Positions 11,690 to 22,610 of a stretch of DNA of 39,755 nucleotides are shown here, piece after piece. Location: assembly GCA_000934665.2 (NCBI GenBank), contig JYFJ02003589.1, forward strand, positions 1 to 39,755. The letters run 5' to 3'. Source of the stretch: Catajapyx aquilonaris (Eukaryota). The notes under the pieces are model-generated. The model made no database searches. It saw nothing but the letters and a program-made list of their open reading frames with translations, and was not told the origin of the DNA. Position 1 is the stretch's first letter, and each line of letters starts with the position of its first letter. Made by a program: the position numbers and the translations under genes.

Positions 11690-12263
11690 GTCGCCATCAC
11701 ATTACTAATCGGATCCATACTGTTTATTCTGGGTTGAAAATTAGAGACGCCATTTTGAATCCTAAATCTTGCAAATTTTGACATCGTCTCAGGAACTTCA
11801 GGCATCCATTTTTAATCCATGTATGTTTACAGTATTTTTTCAACAAAATCGCTAACTCCCAGTAGTGTGAGGCAAGATAATGGACATATAGTGTGTACTT
11901 TATTACATAATTGGGAGCAATAAGAGGCACAAAGTCCTTGATGCGTGATATCGTCCATCCGAGAGTGAAAATCCGCTCAAAACCCCCCAATTTCATGACG
12001 AGTATTAATATCTGGTGCTGGTAGGGGGCGCTAGGGTGGGTGAGGACCATTATTTAGCGTACGTTATGGCCTTGCGTTATGAGGCCTTTGTCATACGGAA
12101 GGTCAGACAACACAAAAAATCCAGGATTTATGCAGCTTTTGTTTGATCCTAGACTTTTTTTAAACAAGGACTAGGTGTTATGAGGGGGGTTATCTAGTGA
12201 CGTCAAGGTGCTTTGTTTGTACTAGCCTGATTTTTACTGGAGCGTTTTAGGACATCTTGTAAT

Positions 12264-12421
12264 CCTGTAGAGTGTGTGGTGGCCGATTCTGAAAAGAGAG
12301 GTTTTTGTTACTTGGGTTGCGTGATCTGAAATAATTAACACGAATTTTAGGATTTAAAATGGCGTCCACCCACAGCTTTTACCTGACTCTTCCCAGCAAG
12401 TCACTTTTTAGAAATGAGTAA
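12264..12421 (+). pseudogene. Probable Maverick/Polinton relic: integrase chromodomain end followed by the N-terminus of the FYLTLPS (penton-like) gene
   Basis: 12295-12342 reads REVFVTWVA*SEIINT (cf. chromodomain EYxVKWxGxxxxxNxW); ATG at 12359 reads MASTHSFYLTLPSKSLFRNE*, matching my recollection of the Polinton F(Y)xTLPSN N-terminus. Confidence 0.5.
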
Positions 12422-12796
12422 ATGAATAAATCTTATTCAAAATTGACTATGTTCGTAACACACGTGTTCACTCATCACCTAGGTGTATGTAAGCTGAGTT
12501 TAACCGTAGTTATCACTTTCCCCATTCGATAATGACAGGGCACAACAGGTTCACTCTCTATAGTGGTGATAGGAATTGAGACTAGGAAGCAAATAAGTAT
12601 ATAAATAAATATCAGTTAAGGCTATAATCAACATGGTTCAAACACTGCCTCATGATTCAAAAACTGTGGATTAAAAATGGGTGTCTGAAATTCCCGACAC
12701 AAATAATTTTGCTCAATATTTGCAGGTTTCAGGATTAAGAATGGCGTCTCTTATTTTCAACTTACTCTAACACATATTCCAAAATTCTAAATGGTG

Positions 12797-12841
<45 letters not shown>

Positions 12842-13036
12842 CACCACCACCACCACCATCACGATCATCGTCGTCGTCATTATTGTTTTACTACTACTAC
12901 TACTACTACCACCACCACCACAACCACCAATAATAATAATAGTAGTAGTAGCAGTAGAAGTAGTAGTAGTAGAAGTAGTAGTAGTAGAAGTAGTAGCAGC
13001 AGTAGTAGCAGCAGTAGCAGTAGCAGTAGTAGCAGT
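12797..13036. repeat. Compound trinucleotide microsatellite (TAC, CAC, AAT, AGT/AGC)
   Basis: Direct reading. Confidence 0.95.
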
Positions 13037-15600
13037 ATTTCAACCAGCTGCAAAATCCCACTAACTTGGACACAAAATGGCGTCACTAAGCAGCACTTTG
13101 CAAGTTCCAAGTTTGGAATTAACCACCGGATTAAAAATGGCAGACACTTTCATTCCATTTTATCCGAATCTGCTTCCAAGATTTTCCTCACCTAGAATAA
13201 TAGTGCGCGTCTGCTGTAAATGGGGCAATCCTCGCCTCATCATCCATACTGTACAAACCACCCCCGGAGGGTACCCGGAGTCCTCCCCGGATAATGGACT
13301 AATTCCAGAGTGTCGGCCATTAATAATTTATGAGGATTGCAACTTACAACTATGGTAGCAAAACCTCGAAAACAACAATCCTGCATTACCACCACTATAA
13401 TTTTTTTTCTGCGCTTTTTCTCTCTCCAAATAGCTGTGGTATGAAAGTGCGCTATTATAGCCACACATTCATAGTGTTTTTTTTTGTGGTTACTATTTCT
13501 GCTAGCTGGGTCGATAGCAAAAAATCTAAAAATTGCATAGAGTTGGCTGGAACTGGCTATTAAGTTGCAGTAAAATTCGTTCCACTTAGACACTAATTAC
13601 ACCCAGGGAATGGATACGGATCTAAACAGAGGTGAAAATAGTTCAAGTGAGCAAGGTCAAAGGTTAAAGGGCCACAACTTGCGATATCGCTTTAAAAAAA
13701 GAATAGGTTCGACGATACCATCAGCAGATTGAACCTATCGCATCACTTCCAGGCGACTTGTTGGTTTAATAACGAGTTAATTTGCATGCATGTCATTATC
13801 AATTAGTTATGCTACTATGACTTTATTTTCACAACAATTCAGCACCATCATCATCTATAAACCATGGCGACAATCGATAATTTTTTACTCCCGTTCAAGA
13901 TCGATTATTGCAAGATGCGCACCTCCGGATAATTAAACCTAGAATGAGTTTTAATTAGCGGTATCTTTTCCCTCGCGTGCCATCACTTAAGACCCGCAGC
14001 TGGGTCCTTAAAAAATTTTCATAGATTCAATCACAAGTATCTATCACGCTATATTTGATCGTCCCTGCTGATACAACAACCAGGTGTTTCTAATGGCTCT
14101 GAAATTCTCGGGATCAATGGCTACTTTGTACACTAGGTAAATGCAAGGGAGGTGTAATGAACCTTACTAAATGACCAATTGTGCTATAGTTAGTGTAACC
14201 TTTTGATCTATGGAGACTTCCTGAAACAATAGTGTCCCTGTGAAATAGAGCCGATGAGGTTCTATCGGACTTTGAAACCGAACTTGTATCAATAGCAAAG
14301 GGCTGGTTTGCATAGCCACATAAAAGTGGGCTCAAATTTTTTAATGGCGTTAGATTACGAAAGGTGATTAGTCGATTGTATTGTCATTTTCATGTAACAA
14401 CATGATATATATTCGTATTTGGTTTTAATTATTTTCATAATAATATTTTAAATTTTAGTTTTTTGAGCACAAGTAATCGTAATATTTAATTTTACGTTCT
14501 CTTAGTGGTTATCAAAAGTATTAGCTGGTTAGGTTATACTGCTTCAGCCTTTTTGAACGCTAAAATAAGCAGCTATATAAGCTACATAAGCAGTATAAAC
14601 CCTCCACACATTTGCGAAAATAAATCGTCAAAAGTTTATCTCAAAAATGGCGATATCACAACAGAAAGCAGGTCATCACTCTGACACAGTAAGGTCACTC
14701 AGGGTCGTGGTCGTGGACCAATAATACAACGGATATGGAGCAACCGTTTGTTAGACAAGCCTGCCACCCGGCCACAACACAACTGAATCATACAGAGCAT
14801 ACGCAGCTCCCTCTCGGTCCAGGCGCATGCGCCACTCCAGCCATCTAGTGATGGAACATCAAACCATTTACCTTCACAAAAACCGGTTACAAACGTAGTT
14901 TGGTGCAACCCAAGCAAACGTCAGAGCAGGCCGGGATATTCTGATAATACAACGTCACTCACACTGTTGACACTCTTCATACGTCGATTTGTTTATCAGG
15001 GTGTCACATGCCCTGATTTGCACAGGGCCTCCCCCTAGTGGACACCAAAAAGCGCCCTCAGGCCTAGAGGCGGACGCTGGTCGAAACATAAAGCACACAC
15101 CTAGTGATATCCCCTTAATCAGGCGAGTAAGCTGACTGGATCATGTTTGCACCTTACTCTCCTGTAGAGATCATCAGGAAGAGGGCTGTTAGGGGATTTC
15201 CGCCATGAATTATCGTCCCCTTAATTTCCTACTAGAGCCCCCTTGCGCCAGGATTATCTTGCTTCTTTGCTCTTAATTGAATCGGTCCTAGAAAACCCTG
15301 GTTTTAAAGGAGATCTGCCATTGTGAATTCGGTCGCGGCCTGATCTTTGTCTGGAAAAAGGCGGGAAACGACTGACCAATGGGAGGAAACAGAAGGCCCA
15401 ACAGGGCGCGTCCGAATTGACCAGACGGCTGAGGGCAGGCTAAGGGTTAACTGAACTGAAACGGTCCGTGTCCGAATGGGTCAGACAGGAGCTAACTGGC
15501 TGGTGGATTACCAGGTCGAAGAAGGTCGAAAATGGTCGAAAAATTCGAGTTTGGGTGGGTTAGTTGCTCTATACTTACCGCATCTAACCCTAACCTAACC

Positions 15601-16293
15601 CAAGGTGTTACCCATTCTGGTAATCTGATGTAGGCCTACATTTCATTTGGTAATCCTGGTAATCATAAGTAAGTAATAGTGGGAAATCTGACCGAAGCAG
15701 TTTGGTGGAGTGGTTAAGGTGTTCGACTGCTAATCGGGAGGTCCTGGGTTCGAGTCCCGGGGCCGGAAATCCTAACTGTGGTTTTCTGTGGTTTCCCACG
15801 GTCCCCCAGGAGAATTCCGGGATTTCTTCCTAGGCCACAGCCGCTTCCTTCCTATCCTATCCTTGTCCTGTTCATGAGGAGGCGCGGTGTCGGTATCGGG
15901 TTTCTGACCCGCACCTAGGGGGGTGTCTTGTAGCTTGGCCCCCTGGGGGGACTGCACACGACCCCCAAATTTCGGACATGACACTTGCACCCGTATCCCC
16001 CCCCCCCCTCACAAATCCCTATCCTGACCCCTGCACCGGATAGAAAAAAAAATGCGAAGAAAATTTTGTAAGAAAAATGGTGGTAATCCATCCCCCTAAA
16101 AGGGCTTTGTTCCCTCTAAAGGGGTAAAGCTTTAAAAAGTAGTGGGAAATCTGAGGGTAACCATACGTATGCAATAGTAGGAAATCTCAAGGTAATCATA
16201 AGGTAATATGGGTAATCATAACGTTATTTGGGTAATCATATGAGTAATATTGGTAATCATATGGTGGTCAAGGGTAATCATGGTATACACTTT
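15601..16293. repeat. GGTAATCATA ~21-bp degenerate array with imperfect inverted ends, interrupted by a SINE and flanked by CCTAACC tracts
   Basis: Repeats at 15618-15690 and 16155-16285; ends CAAGGTGTTACCC / TGGTATACACTTT; no TSD found. Confidence 0.55.
15692..16139 (+). mobile_element. Full-length tRNA(Ser-GCT-like)-headed SINE
   Basis: A-box TGGTGGAGTGG, GAGTGGTTAAGG..GACTGCTAATC, B-box GGTTCGAGTCC; perfect 15-bp TSD TAGTGGGAAATCTGA (15677-15691, 16140-16154); A-rich end. Confidence 0.9.
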
Positions 16294-17322
16294 TCGGAGA
16301 CTGGCTAACCCTTCGCTCTAACCCTAACCTAACTCAGCCTAACCATACTCTAACCCTAAACGTAACGTAATCATAACCTAACCTAACCAGCATAAATTTT
16401 TCCATCTTATTTCCAACTGTTAAACACGACGATGACTATCGATATCGACCCATAATTCCACCAGGGCAACTCCAGGTGTTCGAAGACCACTTTTACCCCC
16501 CAAAATTAGCTCACAACGTGTGTGTACCAACCACCGTTCAGTCAAGTGGGACAGTCCATTGAACCGGATCAAAATGGGGACTCCTTCATTGTTGAAGTTG
16601 ATCCAGAAGATGGCGCCCTACGTGCCAAAGCTTTTTCGGAGGCTCTGCAGGTGCCTTCTGTAAATATCACCCAACCATCATGGCCCCCGCAAGTTTTTCC
16701 GTGGAGTCAATATTTGCCCCGCATTTCCAGAAGTTGATGTATGGAGGGTCCCCGCAGCAGGAGGAATTTTACTGGCCTCCATTTCTAACCACAGTAAAAA
16801 ATGTGATGGAGTGCAGGAAAGGTCCAGAGGAGGGGGAAAAAATGTCACCCTTGGTACAGGCGCCACAGGTGCCACTGGAATGGCCCCTCTCCAGCTTATC
16901 CGTCGGAATAAGCTGAGACGAGTGTCCGGAACAAGTGTCCCGGGTCCATCGGATTGATCGCGTCTGTCCGAATTAAGCGGGTCGGCTCGCGCCAGACGGA
17001 TTGCAGATGCGGGTCGCTGCTGTTGTCGTAAAGCCCTGGAACGTCAGGTCGGTAGTCGATGGAGACAAAGTGAGACGTGTCGAAGGAAAGCCAAGGGCAG
17101 ATACCATCGCAATATATTTGAAGAGCTTGTCATCATTCGGCGTAAGGAATAAGTCAGATGGCAGAAGGATCGATATTATCACCATTAACCAGAACTTGTG
17201 TATGATGTCGATATTATCATCATTAACCAGAATTTGTTTATTGATACTATCAAAATAAAATTAAATTCTAATGTTATCAATATTATCATCATTTAAACGA
17301 TTCCCAGTGTTACTTGAAATTT

Positions 17323-17623
17323 AAATGATCTTCAAATGCTATCGATATTATTCTTTTGAAACATTGGACATAATTTCGATATCATCATCAAAATATTATA
17401 TCCGTTGATATCGATATTTATCGTTATAATGGTTACAATTATTACTTAATACAGATATTGTATCCACAAATTTTGTGGATACAATGTCTGTATTAATAAT
17501 AATAATTTTAACCTTTCTAACGATAACAATATCGATATCAACGAATACAATATTTTGATGATGATATCGAAATTATGTGCAATGTTTCATAATGATAATA
17601 TCGATATCATTTGAAGATCATTT
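17323..17623. repeat. Near-perfect ~300-bp palindrome
   Basis: Centre GTATCCACAAATTTTGTGGATAC (~17471); arms match out to AAATGATCTTCAAATG / CATTTGAAGATCATTT. Confidence 0.95.
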
Positions 17624-17625
17624 TA

Positions 17626-17684
17626 ATCGATGAAAATAGCATTTATTGATATCGTTATCATCAAGAAATGCTATTTTCATCGAT
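17626..17684. repeat. Hairpin with a perfect 19-bp outer stem abutting the large palindrome
   Basis: ATCGATGAAAATAGCATTT / AAATGCTATTTTCATCGAT. Confidence 0.9.
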
Positions 17685-17759
17685 ATCGATATTATCATCA
17701 TTCACTAAAGCGAAGAGAATAGTTCTATTTGCTATTATTGTCCATCCTTTATCACTAAC

Positions 17760-17905
17760 CATTATTTATTATTAGCTAATGTTTATTATTAGTTATTAGC
17801 TATTGTTTATTATTTATTATTGGCTATTGTTTATTATTAGTTATTAGCTATTGTTTATTATTTATTATTAGCTATTATTTGTGATTAGCTATTATTTGTT
17901 ATTAA
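17760..17905. repeat. TTATTAGCTATTGTTTATTA ~21-bp tandem repeat
   Basis: Direct reading. Confidence 0.85.
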
Positions 17906-18104
17906 CTGTTTACAAACTATAATCACAATGAAAAAATGATCCGGACATGTTCAGCGATCATGATACTTCTGTGTGACTGTCGTGGCATGGACAGCCGCAT
18001 CGGAACTCTATTAACCCCTATCTGTCACCGAGTCCGATACTATCAACTGACAACAATTACTGTATCTGTCGATACCATCATCCCTGACACTCATGGAAAG
18101 ATGA

Positions 18105-18710
18105 CACCCAGGACCAATCCCCCTCGATTTAAAGGCATCCCCTGCTTCCAATTTCATTTCCCGCCGCGCCATCTCCCAACTTCTCTACTTACGAGAATCT
18201 AATATCGCTCGTCGACGGCAACATCAACCGACAGCCACCTCGCCTCTTCGTCGCCCGTTTGTTCCAATTACCCACGACCGTCGGGTAGATTGGAAAGTGA
18301 TTTTCCTGAGAGATGACTCCGCGGCTTGGGCAAATAATGTACCGGCATTTTGGAGAGGCCCAAAGGGTGTAGACTACTACAACTTCCTTCCAGCTGGTGC
18401 TTTCCGGAGTGATTAAATTCCGTAATTGTTTCGTTACCATCGCGGCGGTGTCTTGCCTTTAATTCACCTGGCGCCAGGGTTATGCCAGAGTGTAACTCCG
18501 GAAGATGGGGATGTTTCCCAAGCCTGGGACTTGATTAGATTACACCTGCCCCGTTTGCTTTTGCTGGGTGGTATCGATAGTGTCTGGGATCGTTTAACGC
18601 AATTTTGTAGCGGTTTCCCGACCGCAGACCACCGCTTTCTGATGGAATTTAAGGCTCAGGTTCTCTCAAAAGGGAAAGGGTCTTTCAGCTTGTGGGAATA
18701 TCCAGTACAA
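18105..18710 (+). pseudogene. Unidentified coding-like relic, ~200 codons in one frame with two adjacent stops
   Basis: Frame open 18105-18413, TAA at 18414 and 18423, open again from 18426; GC-richer than the flanks; no recognised homology. Confidence 0.2.
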
Positions 18711-18912
18711 CATAATGTAATGTTCTATATACAGTATATAAAAGGCAAAATTTGTTCGTGTGTTTGTCCATTTTATACCCATCGTTTATATATATTTATA
18801 TCGTTATTTATATCGTTATATATATTTAATGACGGAAATGTTTCATCCCGACTTCGTGCCCATTTTATACCAATTCACACCAATTTCATGCCCATAATCT
18901 ATATCTATTCTA

Positions 18913-19128
18913 CAGGGTGTTTCAACTTTTTCTGTCCGAACAGTTATCGGAAATATTGCACCAAAGCTGCTACTTTGTAAGCAGTGTATGCCACTTCAAC
19001 CTAAGATTCGCAAGGAATGTTCCCCAATCCTCCGACAAACCAGTTGCAAGTCACTGCTTACAAAGTAGCAGCTTATAGTGCAATATTTCCGATAACTGTT
19101 CGGACAAAAAAGTTATTGAAACACCCTG
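18913..19128. mobile_element. Tc1/mariner-type MITE
   Basis: TA|CAGGGTGTTTCAA ... TTGAAACACCCTG|ATA; TIRs extend ~75 bp (to GCTGCTACTTTGTAAGCAGTG / CACTGCTTACAAAGTAGCAGC). Confidence 0.9.
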
Positions 19129-19401
19129 ATATATGTACATAATGCAATGTTTGTTTGTTTGTTTCATACCCACTTAGTGTGTCTATTAAATGCCCATTTC
19201 ATCCCTACTTTGTACCAATTTTATACCTATTTACACCAATTTCATGCCAATCTATCTATATATGTAAGGCAAAGTTTGTTTGTCCATTTATACTAATTTC
19301 GTTTGTTGGTATATTTAATGCCCATTTCCTCCCTATTGCTCACCAATTTTATACCCATTTATATACCAATATCATAGCTACCCTATCGATATCTATATCA
19401 A

Positions 19402-19715
19402 TCTTCTATATAAATAAAGCCGTTTGTGAGTCTGTCTGTCTCTCTGTCTGTCTGTCTGCCTGCCAACCGTCATTTGCCTGCCATCTGTGCGCCACCCCCA
19501 GGCCGGGAGAGGATGGAGGGGTTGGGGGTTGACTACAGATGGAAGGGCAAATGACGGTTGCCGTTATACAGGCGGGAGAGGTTGAAGGTGGAGTAGCAGG
19601 ACCACAGATGGCATTGGTGGCCGGACACACAGAAAGACAGACAGTTGACTGGGCTACTGGCAGGTGTTTTCCCTTCATTCATTTCTTCCCGGGCAACGCC
19701 GGGTGCCGCCGCTAG
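19402..19715 (+). mobile_element. Non-autonomous Helitron
   Basis: A|TC..CTATATAAATAAA 5' end, (TCTG)n tract, 3' hairpin CCCGG-GCAACG-CCGGG (19688-19703), CTAG|T terminus, no TSD. Confidence 0.85.
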
Positions 19716-20294
19716 TACTCTATATAAAATGCAAAGTTTGTATGTATGTGTGTTTGTCCAGATTTGGTTGCCATTATATGAACTTGAAAATAGTTAAACC
19801 CTCGGTTTGCAACTCCCTAGTTCCTAGTATAAAGATTCAACGCATGCACATATGGCCGAGTATCTATTTTTCTATTTCTATTCTCATTTCCATTCACTGT
19901 TGAAACAGTTCAATATAGATTGCAGGGAACGAGTGGAAGGGTTTTTCCCAAGGGACCAACTCGACCCACACACAGTTTTATATTTGGAATTATTTATGCT
20001 ACTCCCCCCAGGCCATTTTTGCGATGACGATAATCACGTGAACAATAATGTTACGTTTGGCGCACCACATAAACTGACGCGGGCTTGAAAATGCATGGGT
20101 GATACAACCCCCCTTCAAGATCGATCCACGATATACATGGTATAACTGAATAATGCGCCTCGTAAAAGTAGGTTGGGGCATGGGCCAATTAGGCGCCCCA
20201 AAGTAGATACACAAGCCTTCTCTATGAATCCGGCCGCCATCTTTAATCCCCTATTACTGCAGCTTTTAATTTGACATAACGAGAGGGATTTAGT

Positions 20295-21010
20295 AGAAAT
20301 TTGGATACAAAATGTCCGCCATGTGTGGCCCGAATAACCTACCTTTAGTCTTGTAGGGACAATTATTTTAGCAGGCGATGTCTGAGAATCATTTGAGATT
20401 TGGAGTAAAAATGGCCGCCATTGTTGAACTCACATTGTTGTCATAACCTACCTTTAGTCGTAACGGAAATAATCGTGCTCTATTTACTAAATAATTTAAT
20501 TTCATAAGGTTTATGTTCTTCATATGATTTTTGGATTCAAAATGGCCGCCACCGTTGAACTCACTTTGTGGTCATAACCTACCTTTAGTCGTGACAGTAT
20601 AGGTAACGATTATTTACCACTGAAGATAATTCAGTGTGGCGACCATTTTAAATCCGTAGCGACCACTATTATTTCCGTTACAAAAATGGTAGGTTGTAGG
20701 CCCATGTGTCGGCGGCCATTTTATATCCAAACTCAAATCAGTGATAGACATCTTAAATAAAAATTTGGGAGTAAACAGGATATGGTTATTTACACCATAC
20801 TCGAGTTAGGACAACTGAGATCATCGTTGGCGGCCATTTTTAAACCGGAGCGACCACGATGATTTCCGTTACTAAAACATGTGTCGGCAGCCATTATTAA
20901 TCCAACCTTTAATCAATGACATCTTGAATTAAAATTTGAAGTAAATTTATGTCACGACTCCATATTAGGACAACTGAGTCTATAGATGGCGGCCATTTGT
21001 AATCCATATC
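20295..21010. repeat. Foldback-like array of AAAATGGCCGCC modules: three forward, then several inverted
   Basis: TGGA..AAAATGGCCGCCA..ATAACCTACCTTTAGTC at ~20302, 20401, 20532; reverse copies GGCGGCCATTT..ATCC at ~20711, 20829, 20886, 20988. Confidence 0.75.
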
Positions 21011-21770
21011 TTAAATATGACGTATGTTTTAATTTTTTGATATTAAATAACGGATAAAAACGACTCAGGTTCCCATCAGGGGAGGATAGAATATCTGATT
21101 GCATAATGACTTGCCGAGGCTCAGAATAAATAAATAAATATTGTAGCGAAATGTCAGCGTATCGACTTCTCTAGCAAGCCTTTTCCCTACTTGGTCTTGG
21201 AGTCCTACAAGTTTCCAGCTCCAGGAAATATCGACTTCCATACCACCTTATTCTGCATGCCTTACCAGGACTCCACTCTTTTCTTCGATTTCCCAAAAGG
21301 CATCTCCGCCATTTCCCCCCNAAAAAAAAAGTGCAAAAGAACACACCATCTCACAAGTCAAGGCGTCAAAAAATCGCGAGTTCAGAATGTGGTCAATTTT
21401 GCACAGCATTTCTCAACCAGTCTGTAAAGAAGCTGTCGAGACGGCCATATTTTCCATGTTTGTCAGCTTCCAGAAGAAAGATTAGGCCAAATCGGATTGG
21501 TCCTTTCTCAATGACCTTCTGTGATGCTATTGGCTCAGAAGACTGTATATGCGACGTCTTGAGAAGATTTTCTTTGCACAAATAAATTTTGTTTGAATTG
21601 ATTTTGCATATGACGTTATGCTATGGTATGGTTGCACCATCGCTAGGAAACATTTCCAGCTGGAAAAAAAGCCGGAAAATTCATTGATATTAATTATTAA
21701 CTTCTCAGGCACTTTAGAGGTCGAAAAATATTTCCCAATTTAATAACAGTGCAAAATATTCACACTCATA

Positions 21771-22610
21771 TTTTTTCCACTTAACTATTTACCAGAAAGT
21801 GGCCAATAATTGATTATGGAAAAAAGTCATGTTTTCCGCTTAAATATTTCCTGGATGGTGCCGAGTAAGTGGAAAAATCGTATGAATTTTTCCACTTACT
21901 CGGCACCATCTAGGAAATTTTTCCACTTAACTATTTACCATATAGTGGCCAACAATTTATTGTGGAAAAAGTCATGTTTTCCACTTAAATATTTCCTAGA
22001 TGGTGGCCAAATAAGTGGAAAAATCGTATGAATTTTTCCACGTACTGGACCACCATCTAGGAAATTTTCCCACTTAACTATTTACTATAGAGTGGCCAAC
22101 AATTTATTATGGAAAAAGTCTTGTTTTCCACTTAAATATTTCCTAGATGGTAGCCGAGTAAGTGGAAAAATCGTATGAATTTTTACACTTACTGCGCCAC
22201 CATCTGGGAATTGTTCCACTTAACTATTTACCAGAGAGTATAATTATCCTATAGCCAATATTTAATTATGGAAAAAATCACATTTTCCTCTTAAATATTT
22301 CCTAGATGCTGGGCGAATAAATTTTTCAAGGAGTGGCCAATTAAGTGGATAAATTCATATTTTTCCTCTTAAATATTTCCTAGATGGTGGCTGAGTAAGT
22401 GGAAAAATCGTATGAATTTTTACACTTACTGGGCAACCATCTGGGATTTTTTTTCCACTTAACTATTTACCATGGAGTTGCCAATCATTATGGAAAAAGT
22501 CATGTTTTCCTCATAAATATTTCCTAGATGGTGGCCATTTTATGGGAAAAATTCATACTATCTTTTCCATTTAAACATTTTGTTGATGGTGACCAATAAT
22601 TAGGAAAAAT
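21771..22610. repeat. ~148-bp satellite with a ~33-bp-stem hairpin in each unit
   Basis: Units start TTTTCCACTTAACTATTTAC near 21772, 21919, 22066, 22212, 22451; hairpin 21846-21918 with loop CGTATGA. Confidence 0.9.

Larger units (their letters stand above)
11130..12762. repeat. Locally triplicated segment: two direct copies (11130-11360, 11403-11820) and one inverted partial copy (~12600-12762)
   Basis: CTGAGGCTTTTACAGGCCATGTA...TTTGACATGGATCCAAAATGGTTTC...TTCTGGGTTGAAAATTA...CCATTTTTAATCCA is shared; 12601-12680 is the reverse complement of 11291-11360. Confidence 0.85.

Noticed and set aside
11369..11805. YDLYLYDQY / RPIPI repeat ORFs
   Set aside because: Produced by the 15-bp array inside a TIR/TSD-bounded insertion
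12791..13195. Poly-Y/H/T/S ORF
   Set aside because: Compound microsatellite
14282..14332. miR-153-like TTGCATAGCCACATAAAAGTG in a weak hairpin
   Set aside because: Needs a substitution and a 2-nt insertion relative to the highly conserved mature miRNA, and the stem pairs poorly
15002..15540. Solo LTR starting TGTCAC
   Set aside because: No matching ...CA end with a TSD, PBS or polypurine tract found
15692..15770. tRNA-Ser(GCT) gene; likewise tRNA-like sequences at 27124-27200 and 27565-27641
   Set aside because: No proper acceptor stem or long Ser variable arm, and each is followed by a SINE body, A-tail and TSD
16305..16390. Telomeric repeats (CCCTAA/CCTAA), also at 15586-15600 and 29460-29515
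   Set aside because: Short, mixed and degenerate; more typical of CCTAACC tracts in interspersed repeats
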